Shown: piece after piece, positions 11,230 through 23,844 of the stretch
How positions within the stretch are numbered: position 1 is the first letter of the stretch
Layout of the letters: each line of letters starts with the position of its first letter
NCBI GenBank assembly: GCA_964016885.1
Contig: OZ024741.1
Location: 90,334,001-90,398,000 of the forward strand
Source: Eledone cirrhosa
Lineage: Eukaryota
DNA length: 64,000 nucleotides
Direction: 5' to 3'
The notes under the pieces: generated by a model
What the model saw: only the letters and a program-made list of their open reading frames with translations
Told to the model about the DNA's origin: nothing
The model's database searches: none
Made by a program: the position numbers and the translations under genes

Positions 11230-12914
11230 TCAGGCTGGATTTTCGTGAGCCTTACTATGCAGTCTGGAAACAACGCCAAACCCCCTCTCGACTAAGTATG
11301 AGCTAGGAAAAGGCAAAGCAAATCTCTTAGCCTCTGCATGTAGGAGTGGAAATCGACGCTGAATTTCCTCTTGCATCCAAAAAAGGGGTTCACCTATTTT
11401 GGAAAATTTCATTTTGATAATGTCATCTGTCTGAAGTTCAATTAATTCTTCCTGAAATTTAACGTCGAAATCGTCGACGTTAGTTATGAAGGGATCTGCT
11501 ATCCACATTGGGATGTCCATCTGCAAAAGGTCGACAAACCGTTCTCTCATATTGTCTTGTAGTGCACGGAGGTGTGCGGTATAAATTTGGAGTTGGTCAT
11601 CGCTCACAATGTTTTGAACATTGGCGACACTAGGAAAATTATAGAATTCCCGTCGACAAAGATTCCTTTCGATGACTTTCAATTTGGCCAGGAATATTTT
11701 CACAGCATTCCTTTCTTTAAACAAAGTGATCTTCTTCCCCTGCAAAGCCATAATGAGACTATTGCATTTGTCAAAGATGTCGGCGAGGTAGGCACAGTCT
11801 TGCCTCACATCGAGGTTTTTTTTTAATATAGTTCTGTGTTGCGTCCTCGAAGAAACTCAATGATAGAGTCGAACAGTTTAAAGAAGCGAGTAAGGCACTT
11901 TCCCTTTGAAAGCCACCTCACTTCAGTATGAAGGAGCAGCTCGACGAATTCTTCGTCATTATCTTCGCACAGTTGCCGGAAAATTCGTTCATTGAGGGCA
12001 TGGCGTTTGATATAATTGATGACATCAATGGCTACCTGCAAAGACTTGTTCAGCGGCTCGCTGAGTTTCTTCGCAGCCAAGTGTTGTCGATGAATGACAC
12101 AATGAACAGCAAATACAGATGGATTTTCCCTCTTCAGAAGAGAGACGAAACCCTTATGTTGGCCGACCATTGCTCTTGCGCCGTCCGTAGCACATGATAC
12201 AATATTGTTAAAAGGTATCTCTTTTTCTTCGAGGTATCCCTTGACAGATTCAAAGATCATGGCACCTTTAGTATCTGTGGCTAGATTCAGAGTGAAGAGA
12301 ATCTCCTCGTGCATTTCGTTTTGGTGGAAAAATCGCACGTATCCCAGTAGTAAGGACTGATTCCTAGAAAGTGTGCTTTCATCAAGTTGCAAAGCAAATT
12401 GTGTCGATTTCAAGATGTATAATTGTTGTTCAACATTTTCCGCCATTTCGTCGATGCGTCTCCTTATTGAGTCGTTACTCAACGGAATACATTTCAAGGT
12501 CTTTAACGGGTTCTGATATAGTACTGTTGAAAGAACTTCTGAGATGACAGGGGCTACCAATGTTTCACCCAAGGAATGGGGCTTGCCACACTTTGCGATT
12601 ATGTTGGCAATATTTAAGATGCAACAAGTCCATCAACATTTGAAGCTTCAACTTTTGAAAAGGCAGAAGAAATTAGTGTTGTTTTCTGGAATTGGTCCCT
12701 AAGAGACTGAAAGTATGCTAAATCTTTATATCTCTTATCGGGGTGCCTCACCTCCAGGTGTCTACTCAAACGCGATGGCTTCATCGCTTCATTTGAAAAT
12801 GACTCCTTGCAAATTAAACACATGGGCGACAGGTGGTTCGACGGCGATGGGATGAATCCGAACCGTAAGTTCAACGCTGTACTGCCTGCATTTTTTCTTC
12901 ATTGCTGAGGCCAT
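11230..12914 (-). pseudogene. Buster-type hAT transposase (SCAND3/ZBED5-like family), frameshifted
   Basis: ATG at 12914 (MASAMKKKCRQYSVE), BED finger (PMCLIC..SNEAMKPSRL..HL...HP), FALQLDES, ATDGA, HCVIHRQHL, VRWLSKG, FPSSYLVERGF; split over ORFs 12614-12874, 11823-12572 and 11230-11808. Confidence 0.9.
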
Positions 12915-13652
12915 TTTCTGTTTATCGAATGTGTTTGGTAAAGTTACGCAAAGATTTGCCTATATAAGCCTATACAATTATGTATAAGGAACTTACTATA
13001 ATGAGTGCTGTTCCAGTATGATAAAGTTTCAAGTAATGTTCTGGAATAACACTTTGTAATAAACAAAACTGCAATGAAAAAGACAAATACTGTCATTAAT
13101 TAACCAAGTCGAGACAAGTTATATATGAAGATTAACCAGTCTTTCATGTAGGAATAGTAATAACTTAGCTTGAGGGAATTAAGGTGGCAGACTCAATAAA
13201 GGATCAACGAGGCAACGAGTTCAAGAGAACTTAATGCACGAATGACTAGTAATGTGCTATTTTGAAATGGAATTCATCAATTAAGCACGTAGTGATAAGA
13301 CGCAATAATACTAAGTTAAGACATTACTTATTAGTCAGAGTTACTCAAATTATCGCCCTTAACTTAATGCATCACTGTGATATTCTTGTAATGGTGCTGC
13401 AATTATAATGGATGACTGTTCAAGACTACAAAGGCATTTCTTTAAACCCAAGGCTATAACAAGACTTGATCGTAGTATAAACAGTCAGTTTATATAGGAA
13501 TAGCAACAACCTAGTTATAGAATAAATGATGTGGAAATGCAATGAAGATAAGATGGGGTCAAGCAAACCGAATGTTAGTAAGAATGAGCTGAAGTATCGA
13601 GGTCAAGCCGATCACGGTGATGAACGGGTCAGTGAATAATGTTGCTCTTTTC

Positions 13653-15438
13653 CAGGGGCCTCGTTTGCCTTAAAAATGTGAGGGGGACAAAGCAACATTT
13701 GTTGGAGCATTTTAGTATTACTTATGGTGTCTTTCCTGAACCCTATCACATAAGTAAAAATTTCTTTACGCTAATTAAATTTTATATATTCAAATGAAGT
13801 TCAGATATAAAAAAAATAAGCTTAAAAAGTATTTATTATATCAAATAAACAAAAAATAAAACAGACGTTTGAATAAAAATCATATAAAGTAAATTTATTA
13901 TCTTTTAGAACTTTCCAAATGTATCATATCTCGCATCATTGCTGTCAATAAATAATTTAGTAACTTCTTCACAACTAATATTTTTCAAAACATCTTTATG
14001 AACGTGGCATATTAGAATATGATTCAACCTTTGCTAAGTCATGGTCGATCGCAACCAAGTTTTGAGTCTCTGCAGAGCGCTAAAAGATCTTTCAGCTTCA
14101 CAAGAACTGGTTGGAAACATTAAAAGTAGCCTGAACAATCGCACATCATTTAGAAACACGCGACGGACTTCTGGTTGCATTTCACCGAATATTTTACGAT
14201 GCTGCTCGAGAGATGATCCATTATGATGATTTCTATAAAAAAGTATTTCGTTCCTTAAAGAAAATTCATCAAGCTCTGGATACTGTATGATCACTTCAGC
14301 ACAAACATTTCCATTCCTAGTATCTTTTAGGAACTTTTCATTGCCTGGGTAGCTCCAAAGGAGAAATATTGAGTTGATAAATCATTTTTTCTGCTGTATT
14401 GAACAGCTCCGGAAATTTTTCTTCACTGCGTAGATTTTTTTTAGCTCCTCCTGCACCAGTTTGACACTATGCAACATGCTACCTAGATTGAAGGTGGTAC
14501 TTTGAAAATATTTGTTCAATCCTTCAAGGAATTGAAGTAATGGAACTACAACGTGCAATCCAAGGACACATTGTCCCGGAGAGTGACACGTAAGAATAAC
14601 ATTAGCTCTGGATGCAATGTTGGTGCCAAACTCATTTGTTGGCTCTTGTAAATAAATAGGGACATCTGAATAATTATCAAGAAGGGCTTTGACTGCAGAA
14701 AGTCGTGTTAGCCATCGAGTAGGGCACACAGGTGTTAAGGAGCGTGGTGACGATACTTCATTTTCTTCATCATGTTGTGATAAATACGCTTGCTTAAATT
14801 TTCCTGATGTACTATATAGTTTCCGCAATTCATTCGCGCAACCTAGAACAGTTTTGATAAGTGAAGCTTGTTGTACAGACTTAGTTATAATAAGTTGAGA
14901 AATATGAATGCCGCAGTGCACGTAATGGGCCAAATCAAGTTATGTTAGAATGATCTTTAAAAAATACCCGTACGAATTAAATACAAAAAAAGTTTCAATC
15001 CAAAACAAAAGCAAACTATTTCAAATTATATATTTTTGAAAAATAGACGTGAATGTTCTCAAAGACTTGATTTCAGTCGAAAAAGCCTCTTTTTTTTTTA
15101 AAGTCTATATTTCACTGTTAGCTGTTGTAATATTTTGATTGGATAAACAATTCTACAATTCAAACTGTAAAGTCAAAATACAAAAGATATAAAATATGAA
15201 GAATTTCTTACCTTTCTCTGAAATCACAAACCCAGGGGAAAAATAGTACCTTGCAAAATAAAATACCTCATAGCAAAATAAAATACTTAGCAACGAATGA
15301 TGCTTGGGGACAGTGAGAAAGTAGTATTTGTATCCCTTATATATATATATACATAGATAGATACACACACAAAACACACATAGACACGCACGCACGCACG
15401 CACACACGCAAACACACACACACACACACACACATAGA

Positions 15439-15469
<31 letters not shown>

Positions 15470-15470
15470 A

Positions 15471-15536
<66 letters not shown>

Positions 15537-15546
15537 CACACACACA

Positions 15547-15583
<37 letters not shown>

Positions 15584-15702
15584 GTGCGTGTCTATGTGTG
15601 TTTGTGTGTGTCTGTTGTGTATCTATCTATGTATATATATATTGGTTTGCGTACAGAAAGGATTTTGTCTACAGTTTTTTATTGCCAGGTCAAAGGCCAC
15701 TG
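13653..15702 (-). mobile_element. Internally deleted hAT element (ZMYM1-like/Tip100-type transposase) nested in the Buster element
   Basis: Termini CAGGGGCCT (13653) and AGGCCACTG (15702); 8-bp TSD CTCTTTTC at 13645-13652 and 15703-15710. Confidence 0.75.
13900..14933 (-). pseudogene. C-terminal half of a hAT transposase (dimerisation domain), degraded
   Basis: YVHCGIH, CPTRWLTR, and PTSSCEAERSFSALQRLKTWLRSTMT*QRLNHILICHVHK. Confidence 0.85.
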
Positions 15703-15733
15703 CTCTTTTCAACAACACCAAATAACAACGCTC

Positions 15734-15771
<38 letters not shown>

Positions 15772-15831
15772 AATGAAGAGAGAAAGAGGGAGGGACAGAG
15801 AGAGTAAGAAATGTGTGTGTGTTTGGTACAC

Positions 15832-15904
<73 letters not shown>
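15832..15904. repeat. (TATC)n tract at the 5' junction of Tx1-like copy 1
   Basis: Direct reading. Confidence 0.95.
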
Positions 15905-16129
15905 GCTGTCGTCTGTTCGACAGCGTAGACGTAATTCACTTCGCGCAAAAGTTTTGTTCCAATTTATTGCGGAAATTTTGTAAGTTTAATTTTAATTTTG
16001 ATACTATTGTGTAGCTTGACCCCCCGTCTGAACTGTCAGGCGGTGGGTCAGCTCATCTTGGCCCCTCCCAGGGGTGAAAAACCTGCTTTTAAAAATTTTG
16101 TGGCATAAAATTTCAATCGTCTGGCAGAA

Positions 16130-18042
16130 ATGTTAAACGAAGCTAACGAAAATAGTGGTGGGGGGGACAGCGGTAAGAGTTGTAAGCTCGCACGCTTTAG
16201 TCCCTCCCCCTTCCTTCCCAACTAACGTCATAGAGAAGGAAAGGAAAAATAAAATAAAAACAGACGAATGTGCGGAGAAAAATGACGAAAACACAAATCT
16301 GGAGATTGATTCCAACAACAAAAAAAATTTGAAAGAATTGCATGACAATATTAATACCACAAACAAAGAAACAACAAACACAAAAATAACATTTGAAAAC
16401 AACATCATAACAGAAAGCAAAGCAGACGACAAAGTCAACACCAATAATATTTCATTTGCACAAACAACAAAGAAATCTTTAACATATATACCTGAAAATA
16501 TTTCAGATGTGGCACAAAGAATAAAAAACGCCAAACAATACATAACTCAAGGGGAAAATGGAACCTTATCGGTAAAAATGCCCCAAGAACTCACCAAAGA
16601 TATTGAAAGTCGGACGGTCGTTTTCCGCACCATCAACAACATCTCAAAAAAACCTCAACAACCAACACAAGCAGAAATTAAAGCAGTACTTACAGAAGTA
16701 CTTAATGAAGCCACTTTCATAAGAAGAGACAGGCTGTATGGAAGCCTAGCGATTATTATGAAGAACGAATCAGCGGCAAAAAAATATGCTTTGTCGCCGA
16801 TTCGTTCGACAAATTTTACCTTTTATCCATCTTATATGGGTAAAAGAACTCAGCGCATATGGCTGGATGCGATGATGCCAGATGTGGACTACTGCCGGCT
16901 CATAGCTGGCTTCATCGATCCAGCGAATGACAACGTGATTTCCATTGGGAAAACCACAGGCAATGCGTTCAGTGGAACAGGTATAGAACTTGTAGTGCAA
17001 ATGAAGCCTGAATGCATTGCCCAAATACCCGACAGAATCCTATTAGAGGGCCACGGGTATATAAACATTAGCGTGGAGGGGAGAAGGCCGTCCTGTCATA
17101 TCTGTGCAGGCAGAGGGCACCTGAAGGCGGCTTGTCCCCAACTCAACAAGAAGAAAACCCTGCTACCAAAACCAGCTCCACCACCACCACCACAACAGAT
17201 AAACAAACAACAAAACTCAGTCCCACCCAACCCGTCCCTCAGTAAAACTACACCACCACCACAACACAAACAGACACAACACATTACCCAAAAACAAAAC
17301 ACAGTCCCACCCAACCCCTCACTCAATAAAACAACACAACCACCGCAGCCACAACACACAACACAGTCAAACATAGTGACATCCATCTCCCCCACAAAGA
17401 AAACCAACACGGAAACATTACCAGCAAACATACCTCTTCCCTCCAACACTGAAGATAACCCAACGAATTCGGAGGAAGAAACGGAGTCCTTCAGACAGAT
17501 TAAAAGGAAAAAAAGAAAACATGTGCAAAACACACAAGGTCAAACAACCCCTACCCAAATGTCAACACAATCCAACAAAACACAAAACACACCTCCAGCA
17601 ACAAACAAAACCAAACCTGCCCCTCCCCTCTTCGAAACACTCACACCATCCGAAAAAAAGACATTACACTATACTTACATCAACAGAAACAATAATAAAT
17701 TAAATGAACTCATAAACAATAACCCTTCGGTACAAACCGAAGGGGTAAACTTTGTTTCTTCAGAAAACTACCCACATTTAAAATTAATAAAGATCCCAAT
17801 GAACCTCTACCAAAAACTAAAAAAAGGATTTTAAGGAGGACGTAGGACCACCCTCTATCAAACCCATAAACCGCGTCCTCCTAAAAAGCTTTCCCATTCC
17901 CCTTCCCCTCCCCAACACAACTCCAAACACCCCAACCCCACCTAACACTGACGACCCCACACCACCACAAGACACCCCTTCACCCAACACCCCTGACCCC
18001 ATGGAAGTCGTGCGACCCGAACCCCGGAAAGCAGAAAGGTAG
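16130..18042 (+). pseudogene. Tx1-like ORF1 (gag-like, zinc knuckle), with two homopolymer frameshifts
   Basis: ATG 16130 (MLNEANENSGG, compare MNAASNDNGGG in copy 2), CHICAGRGHLKAAC knuckle, shifts in the G-run near 16160 and the A-run near 17820, ending PMEVVRPEPRKAER* at 18042. The homopolymer shifts could be sequencing errors. Confidence 0.8.
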
Positions 18043-18075
18043 GTCTCTACACTCTCCTTTGGCTTTGCCGCCCAC

Positions 18076-21000
18076 ATGGATGTGTTAAGAGTAGGATGTT
18101 TGAATGCACGTGGCCTGGGCTCAACTTGGAAGCAAGCAAAGCTTCTAAATGACCTCAGGTCACGTGGTATAAATGTAATGGTTATCTGTGAGACTCGGAT
18201 CAGCGTCGTGCGGCAGCTGGCCCCTACCTTCGATGACTTTGAGGTGCATGCATCTCTCTGTCAACCTGGAGGTGGAGGTGGGGTTGTCGTACTGCTGGAA
18301 AAACACCTGGGTCTCGCCGTACAGGTTGTTCACTCGGACCGGAAGGTCGTTTGTTGGTGCTAGACGTTGGTAGTAGTGAAGGTGCGGCCTTGAAACTGGT
18401 CGCCGTCTACTCCCCTTTCGGAGCTGAACAACCCGACTTCTTCCAGCGTCTGGAGACTTTTCTGGGAACGTCGCGTTCCCTGCTTCTAGCGGGGGATTGG
18501 AATGACATCCTAGATGCACGTTGGGACTATGCAGGAGCATGTCCTAATAGAGGGGGGTGTAACAGCCTCAAGGGGTTACTCGACCGTTTTAACTTAAATA
18601 GATATCGACTAGATTTTCCAACTGTGCCAACCTGGACTTGGACGAACCATAGTAGTCAATCTAGATCGTACTTAGATAGATTCTTAGTTAGAAGTAAGGA
18701 TAGGGACATATTAAGCTGTCCAGAAATGCTCACGGTTGGCTACACAGATCACAAATTAGTGACCTGCGTAGTCAATCTCGAGAAAACACATAGAAAACAC
18801 ATAGACAGGGTCCCGGTTACTGGAAACTTAATTTGTCTTTACCGGCAAAAGAGACTGACAGAAACCGGATTAGCAGATTAGTTAAGGAGAGGTTGACGGG
18901 TGCAATCGTCAACAACCGATGGTGGGCATCTCTCAAAAGAGAGATTAGAACAGAATCAATAAGTTATAGCAAGATATTAGCTGCCGATAGGAATAGGAAC
19001 GAGAAAGAATTAACATGTAAATTAGAAGAGGCAATCAAGAGCGAAGATGTGGCCAGAGTGCTGGCATCGAGGACGGCCTTGAGCCAGTTTTTCGATGCAA
19101 AGCACGAAGGCTGCGTCATTCGAAGTAAAATACGTGCTCTAGGTAATGAGGGGGCCAAAGCCGTTGGCTGGGCCCGCGTGACAGAAGCTAAGAGTGGAAA
19201 TCGATCCACCATCCGGTCTTTGCAAGACGAGGATGGACGGGTGATCCGTGAGCCTAAGCAGATGTGCGAGGCCTTTCAAAGGCACTTTGCCCGATTGTTC
19301 GGGGGAGGCGAGGGTCCGGGCGGGGACGTGGATTTCGGTCCATACCTCGACGGCCTGCCGCGTCTCTCGAGCGAAGAGGCAGAGTCCTGGAAGGGACCAA
19401 TCTCGGCTGATGAGATCGGGGATGCGCTGAGCCAATGCAGCAGATGCAAATCTCCAGGTCTCGATGGTATACCTTACGAACTTTATTTAGCAATGCCGGT
19501 CTTCTTCTCCGAACTCCTCGAAGCAGTCTACTGCAATTGGCAGCAGAACGGGAGAATTCCTTGTTCTGTAGCCAAGGGCGTAGTCTCGCTGGTGAGGAAG
19601 GACGAGAACAAGGGGGATAGTATAAATAATTTTCGGCCCATAACCCTGCTAAACACAGAGTTAAAGATTTTGGCCAAGGTGTTAGCAAAGAGGTTGGCGC
19701 TTGTCGTGGGAGGCCTGGTGGGAGATGCGCAGACATGTGCTATCCCATCCAGGTCCATTCACGACAACCTCCACCTCATGCGATACATCATAGAGAGGGT
19801 TGGAAACAAACCCGGCTTCGGTGGAGCCCTGATCAACTTGGATCAGTCTAAGGCGTTCGATAGGGTCGACCCTGGTTACCTGGATGCGGTGCTAGCGGCG
19901 GCTGGGTTCGGTCCTGTTTTCAGAGGCTGGATCACTGCCTTACATAGCAACCACATCTGTTCTAGGATCAAGGTGAACGGCTACCTTTCGAAGCCGTTCG
20001 AAATCACACGATCCATTCCACAGGGGTGCCCTCTCTCCTCCCTTCTGTACGTATTGACTCTTGAGCCTTTACTGAGGAAGTTGGAGTTGTTGCAGGGTAT
20101 CTCCCTGGAACCAGGATTGAGCAAAGCGGTGTCGGCCTACGCCGATGACGTAACAGTAATGGTATCGACCGACTCGGAGATCGAGGCGTTCGGTACCTTA
20201 CTGGAGGAATACGAAAGGTTGTCAGGAGCGAAACTGAACCGGGAAAAGTCCATCGGGCTGCAACTCGGAACTTGGAGAGGCAGACCGATGCCTCCCGACG
20301 GTGTCGTCGGACACTGGACGGAGGGCCCGGTGAAGTTGCTTGGGGTCTGGTTTGAACCGGACCTCCAGGTGGAAAAGAACTGGGGCGAGGTTACGAACAA
20401 GGTGTTTGCACTAACCCAGAAATGGGCCAAGTGTAAGCTGTCCCTAAAAGGTCGGGCGGAGGTGGCGAACATTTACATAGCGTCCGTCACTTACTACCGC
20501 CTGACTGTCGTGCCTTGCCCTAAGGAAACACTCACCACCATGGAACGCATGCTCTTTCAATTTCTTTGGAAGAAGCGCCCTCCTACGGTGAGAAGATCCA
20601 TCTGCTGCCAACAACCTTCGAAAGGAGGGCTGGGGATGCCGTGGTTGATGATGCGTAGGCACGCATTAAGGCTACGGCACCTTCAGGTATTCCTCACTGG
20701 TCAACCGGTGTGGGCTCCGTTCGTGAAACGAGCCTTTCCAAGACTCGTCTCACTCACCGAGCTGCAGTCCTGGGTCAAGCAAAGATCCGGAAAACTGGGA
20801 GACTGGCACACTGAGTGTGCCCAGGCGCCCAGGGCTCTCTGGCAAGCGGGCCCGGCCATCGGTGGAGAATCCACCTCGTCATTCTATAGAGGGCTGGTGG
20901 CTAGCAGGGGCGATGACATCCTTGGAGAGTCGCTGGACATGGAAAAGGACGAGCTGGCCAGCCTGTTCGGTAGGACTTTCGGCCCGGGACCAATGGACAA

Positions 21001-21520
21001 CTTCCAGAAGTCACTAACCTGGCAGTGCTACCGGGGGGCTCTACCCGTTCGAGAAAAGCTCTACAGACACGGGCGCCCGGGCAGGGATCCCTCGAAAAAG
21101 ATTTGCCCTAGATGCGTGCGTCACGAAGAAACCGTTGCGCACGCATTGGTGCACTGTCCGGGCGTGGCTGATCTGTGGGGCTACGCCGAACGACTGCTGT
21201 CGCGGGTGGCACCGATTCGATTGACCGCCGAGTCCGCGATGACAATCAAGCCGCCTCCCCTCTTCACAAAGGAAGCAAAGGCGGTTTTTCTGTGCGTAAT
21301 AGCCATGTTGAAAGAGGTTGTTTGGTGGACACAATTGAAAGGTCTGAAGTCAGGCAACTTCCTCTCTGGTTATAATCTGGTCTACTTCTTCCGATATCAC
21401 TTCAGAAGAAGGATAAGAATGGAGAGAGAGGTGCTTGGCCACAGGCAGTTTTATGAAAGGTGGGTGATAGTGGCGAGAATGGCTCGTGTAAATAGGCCTT
21501 CTCTGTATACCATCCTGTAG
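18076..21520 (+). pseudogene. Tx1-like ORF2: apurinic endonuclease + reverse transcriptase + C-terminal zinc motif
   Basis: GCLNARGL, GDWN, TDHK (APE); KSPGLDG, FRPITLLN, DQSKAFDRV, QGCPLS, YADD (RT); CPRC..E...HALVHC. Frameshifts near 18340 and 18790; an 895-aa stretch is open. Confidence 0.92.
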
Positions 21521-21747
21521 GTAAAGAAGTGAAGGAGAGGGGAGCACCTTCTCCATGTGCTCCCCGGGAAAAGGATTGCACACTTTTTCGGGTGGGGGTG
21601 GGGGGTGGGGGTGCAACCCCCATCACGTTCCCTCCCTTTTGAGGTTGTTTTCGATTATTTTCATTTTATACCCTTTTTACTCGGTTTTATGTAAACTCCC
21701 CCTTTGTATTTGTCCCTTCTTTTTATGCCTTTATGGTAAATAAAGAA

Positions 21748-21748
<1 letters not shown>

Positions 21749-21814
<66 letters not shown>
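21749..21814. repeat. (TATC)n tract separating Tx1-like copies 1 and 2
   Basis: Direct reading. Confidence 0.95.
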
Positions 21815-22030
21815 AGACGTGTGTAACTTCGCGGAGAAGTTTCCGTTAAATTATGTAAGAAAAAAACGTGACTTTTTAGTTAAATTTTATATCATTGTGT
21901 AACTTGACCCCCCGCCTGGACCTTCAGGTGGTGGGTCAACTCATTTTTGCCCCTACAGGGGCGGAATATCCATTTAAAAATTTTTTCTCTATCGAATCTG
22001 GGAAAAATATTGTAAAATTTTGATTACGTT

Positions 22031-23811
22031 ATGAACGCTGCGTCCAACGATAATGGTGGTGGAGAGGCGGTAAGACTACAAAGCTCGCAGTCAACAACGT
22101 CTTCTTCACTAGATACTATAGAGATGGAAAGACGAAATGAAAATGTAAAAACGAATTCATATCCAAACAACACAAATGACACCAAACAATTCAATGACAA
22201 CAAAAATAACAGCAACACCAATAATGATGATAAAAGCAACAATGATAACAACAACAAAGAAAAAAATAAAGACAACACCAATAACACCAGCATCAAAGAC
22301 AACAACAACACCAAGGAAAATACGAATAATACCAACATCGGTGACAACAAGAATAACAACAAGAATAACAACAATAATGGCAACACCAACAACACGGATT
22401 CCACAAAGAAACCAAAATCTCCTTTGCAGAGAAAGTTCAAAAAAAGGAAGAATTGATATATCTCGACATAACAAATGCTGAACAACTTTTAAAGGACGCT
22501 AGGAGATATGTCACTTTCTAAAAAAATGGTGCTTTCAGCATCAATTCTCCGGTAGAAATTCGTAAGGAAACTGCTCTCAAAACGATAGCTTTTAGGACAG
22601 TTTCCAATTCTACCCGAAAACCAGTCCAATTGTCACAGAAAGAAATTGCACTGTGTCGCCAATTGTATCCAACCTGTACACCCTTTTCCCTACATACATG
22701 GGAAAAAGGACACAAAAGATCAGAATCACGAGTGTCACACCAAAGGTGAACATATGGTGGATACTGTGCGGCTTCATCAATTTTGATGAAGACAGAATAC
22801 TGTCAGTAGGAAAGTCTCCCAGAGATGTATTCAATGGGACTAGCATTGAAGTTCTGGTGCAAATGAGCCCAGAGCGAATAGCTATGATCCCACAACGTGT
22901 ACTCCTGGACGGACTCACCTACATAAACTTTTCGGTTGAGGGTAGGCGGCCTTCATGTTACCATTGCTTTAGCAGGGGTCACCTGAGGGCTTCCTGTCCT
23001 AAATGAATGAATCAAAAAAAGGCTCTTCTGCCGACACCCATCAAAACAACACAACCACCAACACCACCACCACAACAACAACACCAACACACAAAAATAA
23101 CCACAACAAACACAGTCCCACCCAACCCCACTCCACCTAAAACCACTGCAAAATCACATACAGGCACAACAGCTCCCCAAGACATACCCCTCCCCAATCA
23201 CACAGACGATACAACAGATGAGGCTCTCTCGCCATCACACAGTGAAGACGAGGGAGAACCCCATCGCTCGAAAAGAAAGAAAAGACATCACAAAAGCAAA
23301 ATACCAGCAAACACTACCACAAACATACAACCACCAACACAAACAACAAAAACATCACAAACAAAACCCCCACCTCCTGAAAACAAAATACCTACAACAA
23401 AACGAAAGCACACACAAGAACTACAGACAAAAACAAACACAACACAAGAAAATTACACTTACAATTACATAAACACTGAAAACAAAACACTAATGGAGAC
23501 CATCACGAACTTTCGCACACTCTATTAAAAATAGCAAAAAACTGAACCTAAAACTGATTAGGGTCCCTATACAAACTTATAGGTCCCTAAAAGAAACATT
23601 TGAGAAGGATGTGGGGAATTCCTGCGTGAAACCACTCAACCGCGTCCTTCTCAAATGTCTCCCCACCCCAGACACCCCCATCCCACCAGACCCCACCCCA
23701 CCAAACATCTCCGTCCCCACCCCGCCGGAAACCACCACCCATCCAGACAACCCCTCCAACACGCCCATGGAAATCGTGCGGCCTGGTCCCCAGGAGACGA
23801 AGGGTGAATGA
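22031..23811 (+). pseudogene. Tx1-like ORF1 of copy 2, disrupted
   Basis: N-rich N-terminus, YMGKRTQKI, CYHCFSRGHLRASC knuckle, ending PMEIVRPGPQETKGE*; several stops and frameshifts. Confidence 0.8.
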
Positions 23812-23844
23812 TCTCTTTTCCTCTTTTGACTTTTCAGCACCAAC

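Larger units (their letters stand above)
15905..21748 (+). mobile_element. Full-length Tx1-like (L1 superclade) non-LTR retrotransposon, copy 1
   Basis: 5' UTR, gag-like ORF1 with a CCHC knuckle, APE-RT-zinc ORF2, and 3' UTR ending AATAAAGAAA; (TATC)n on both sides. Confidence 0.92.
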
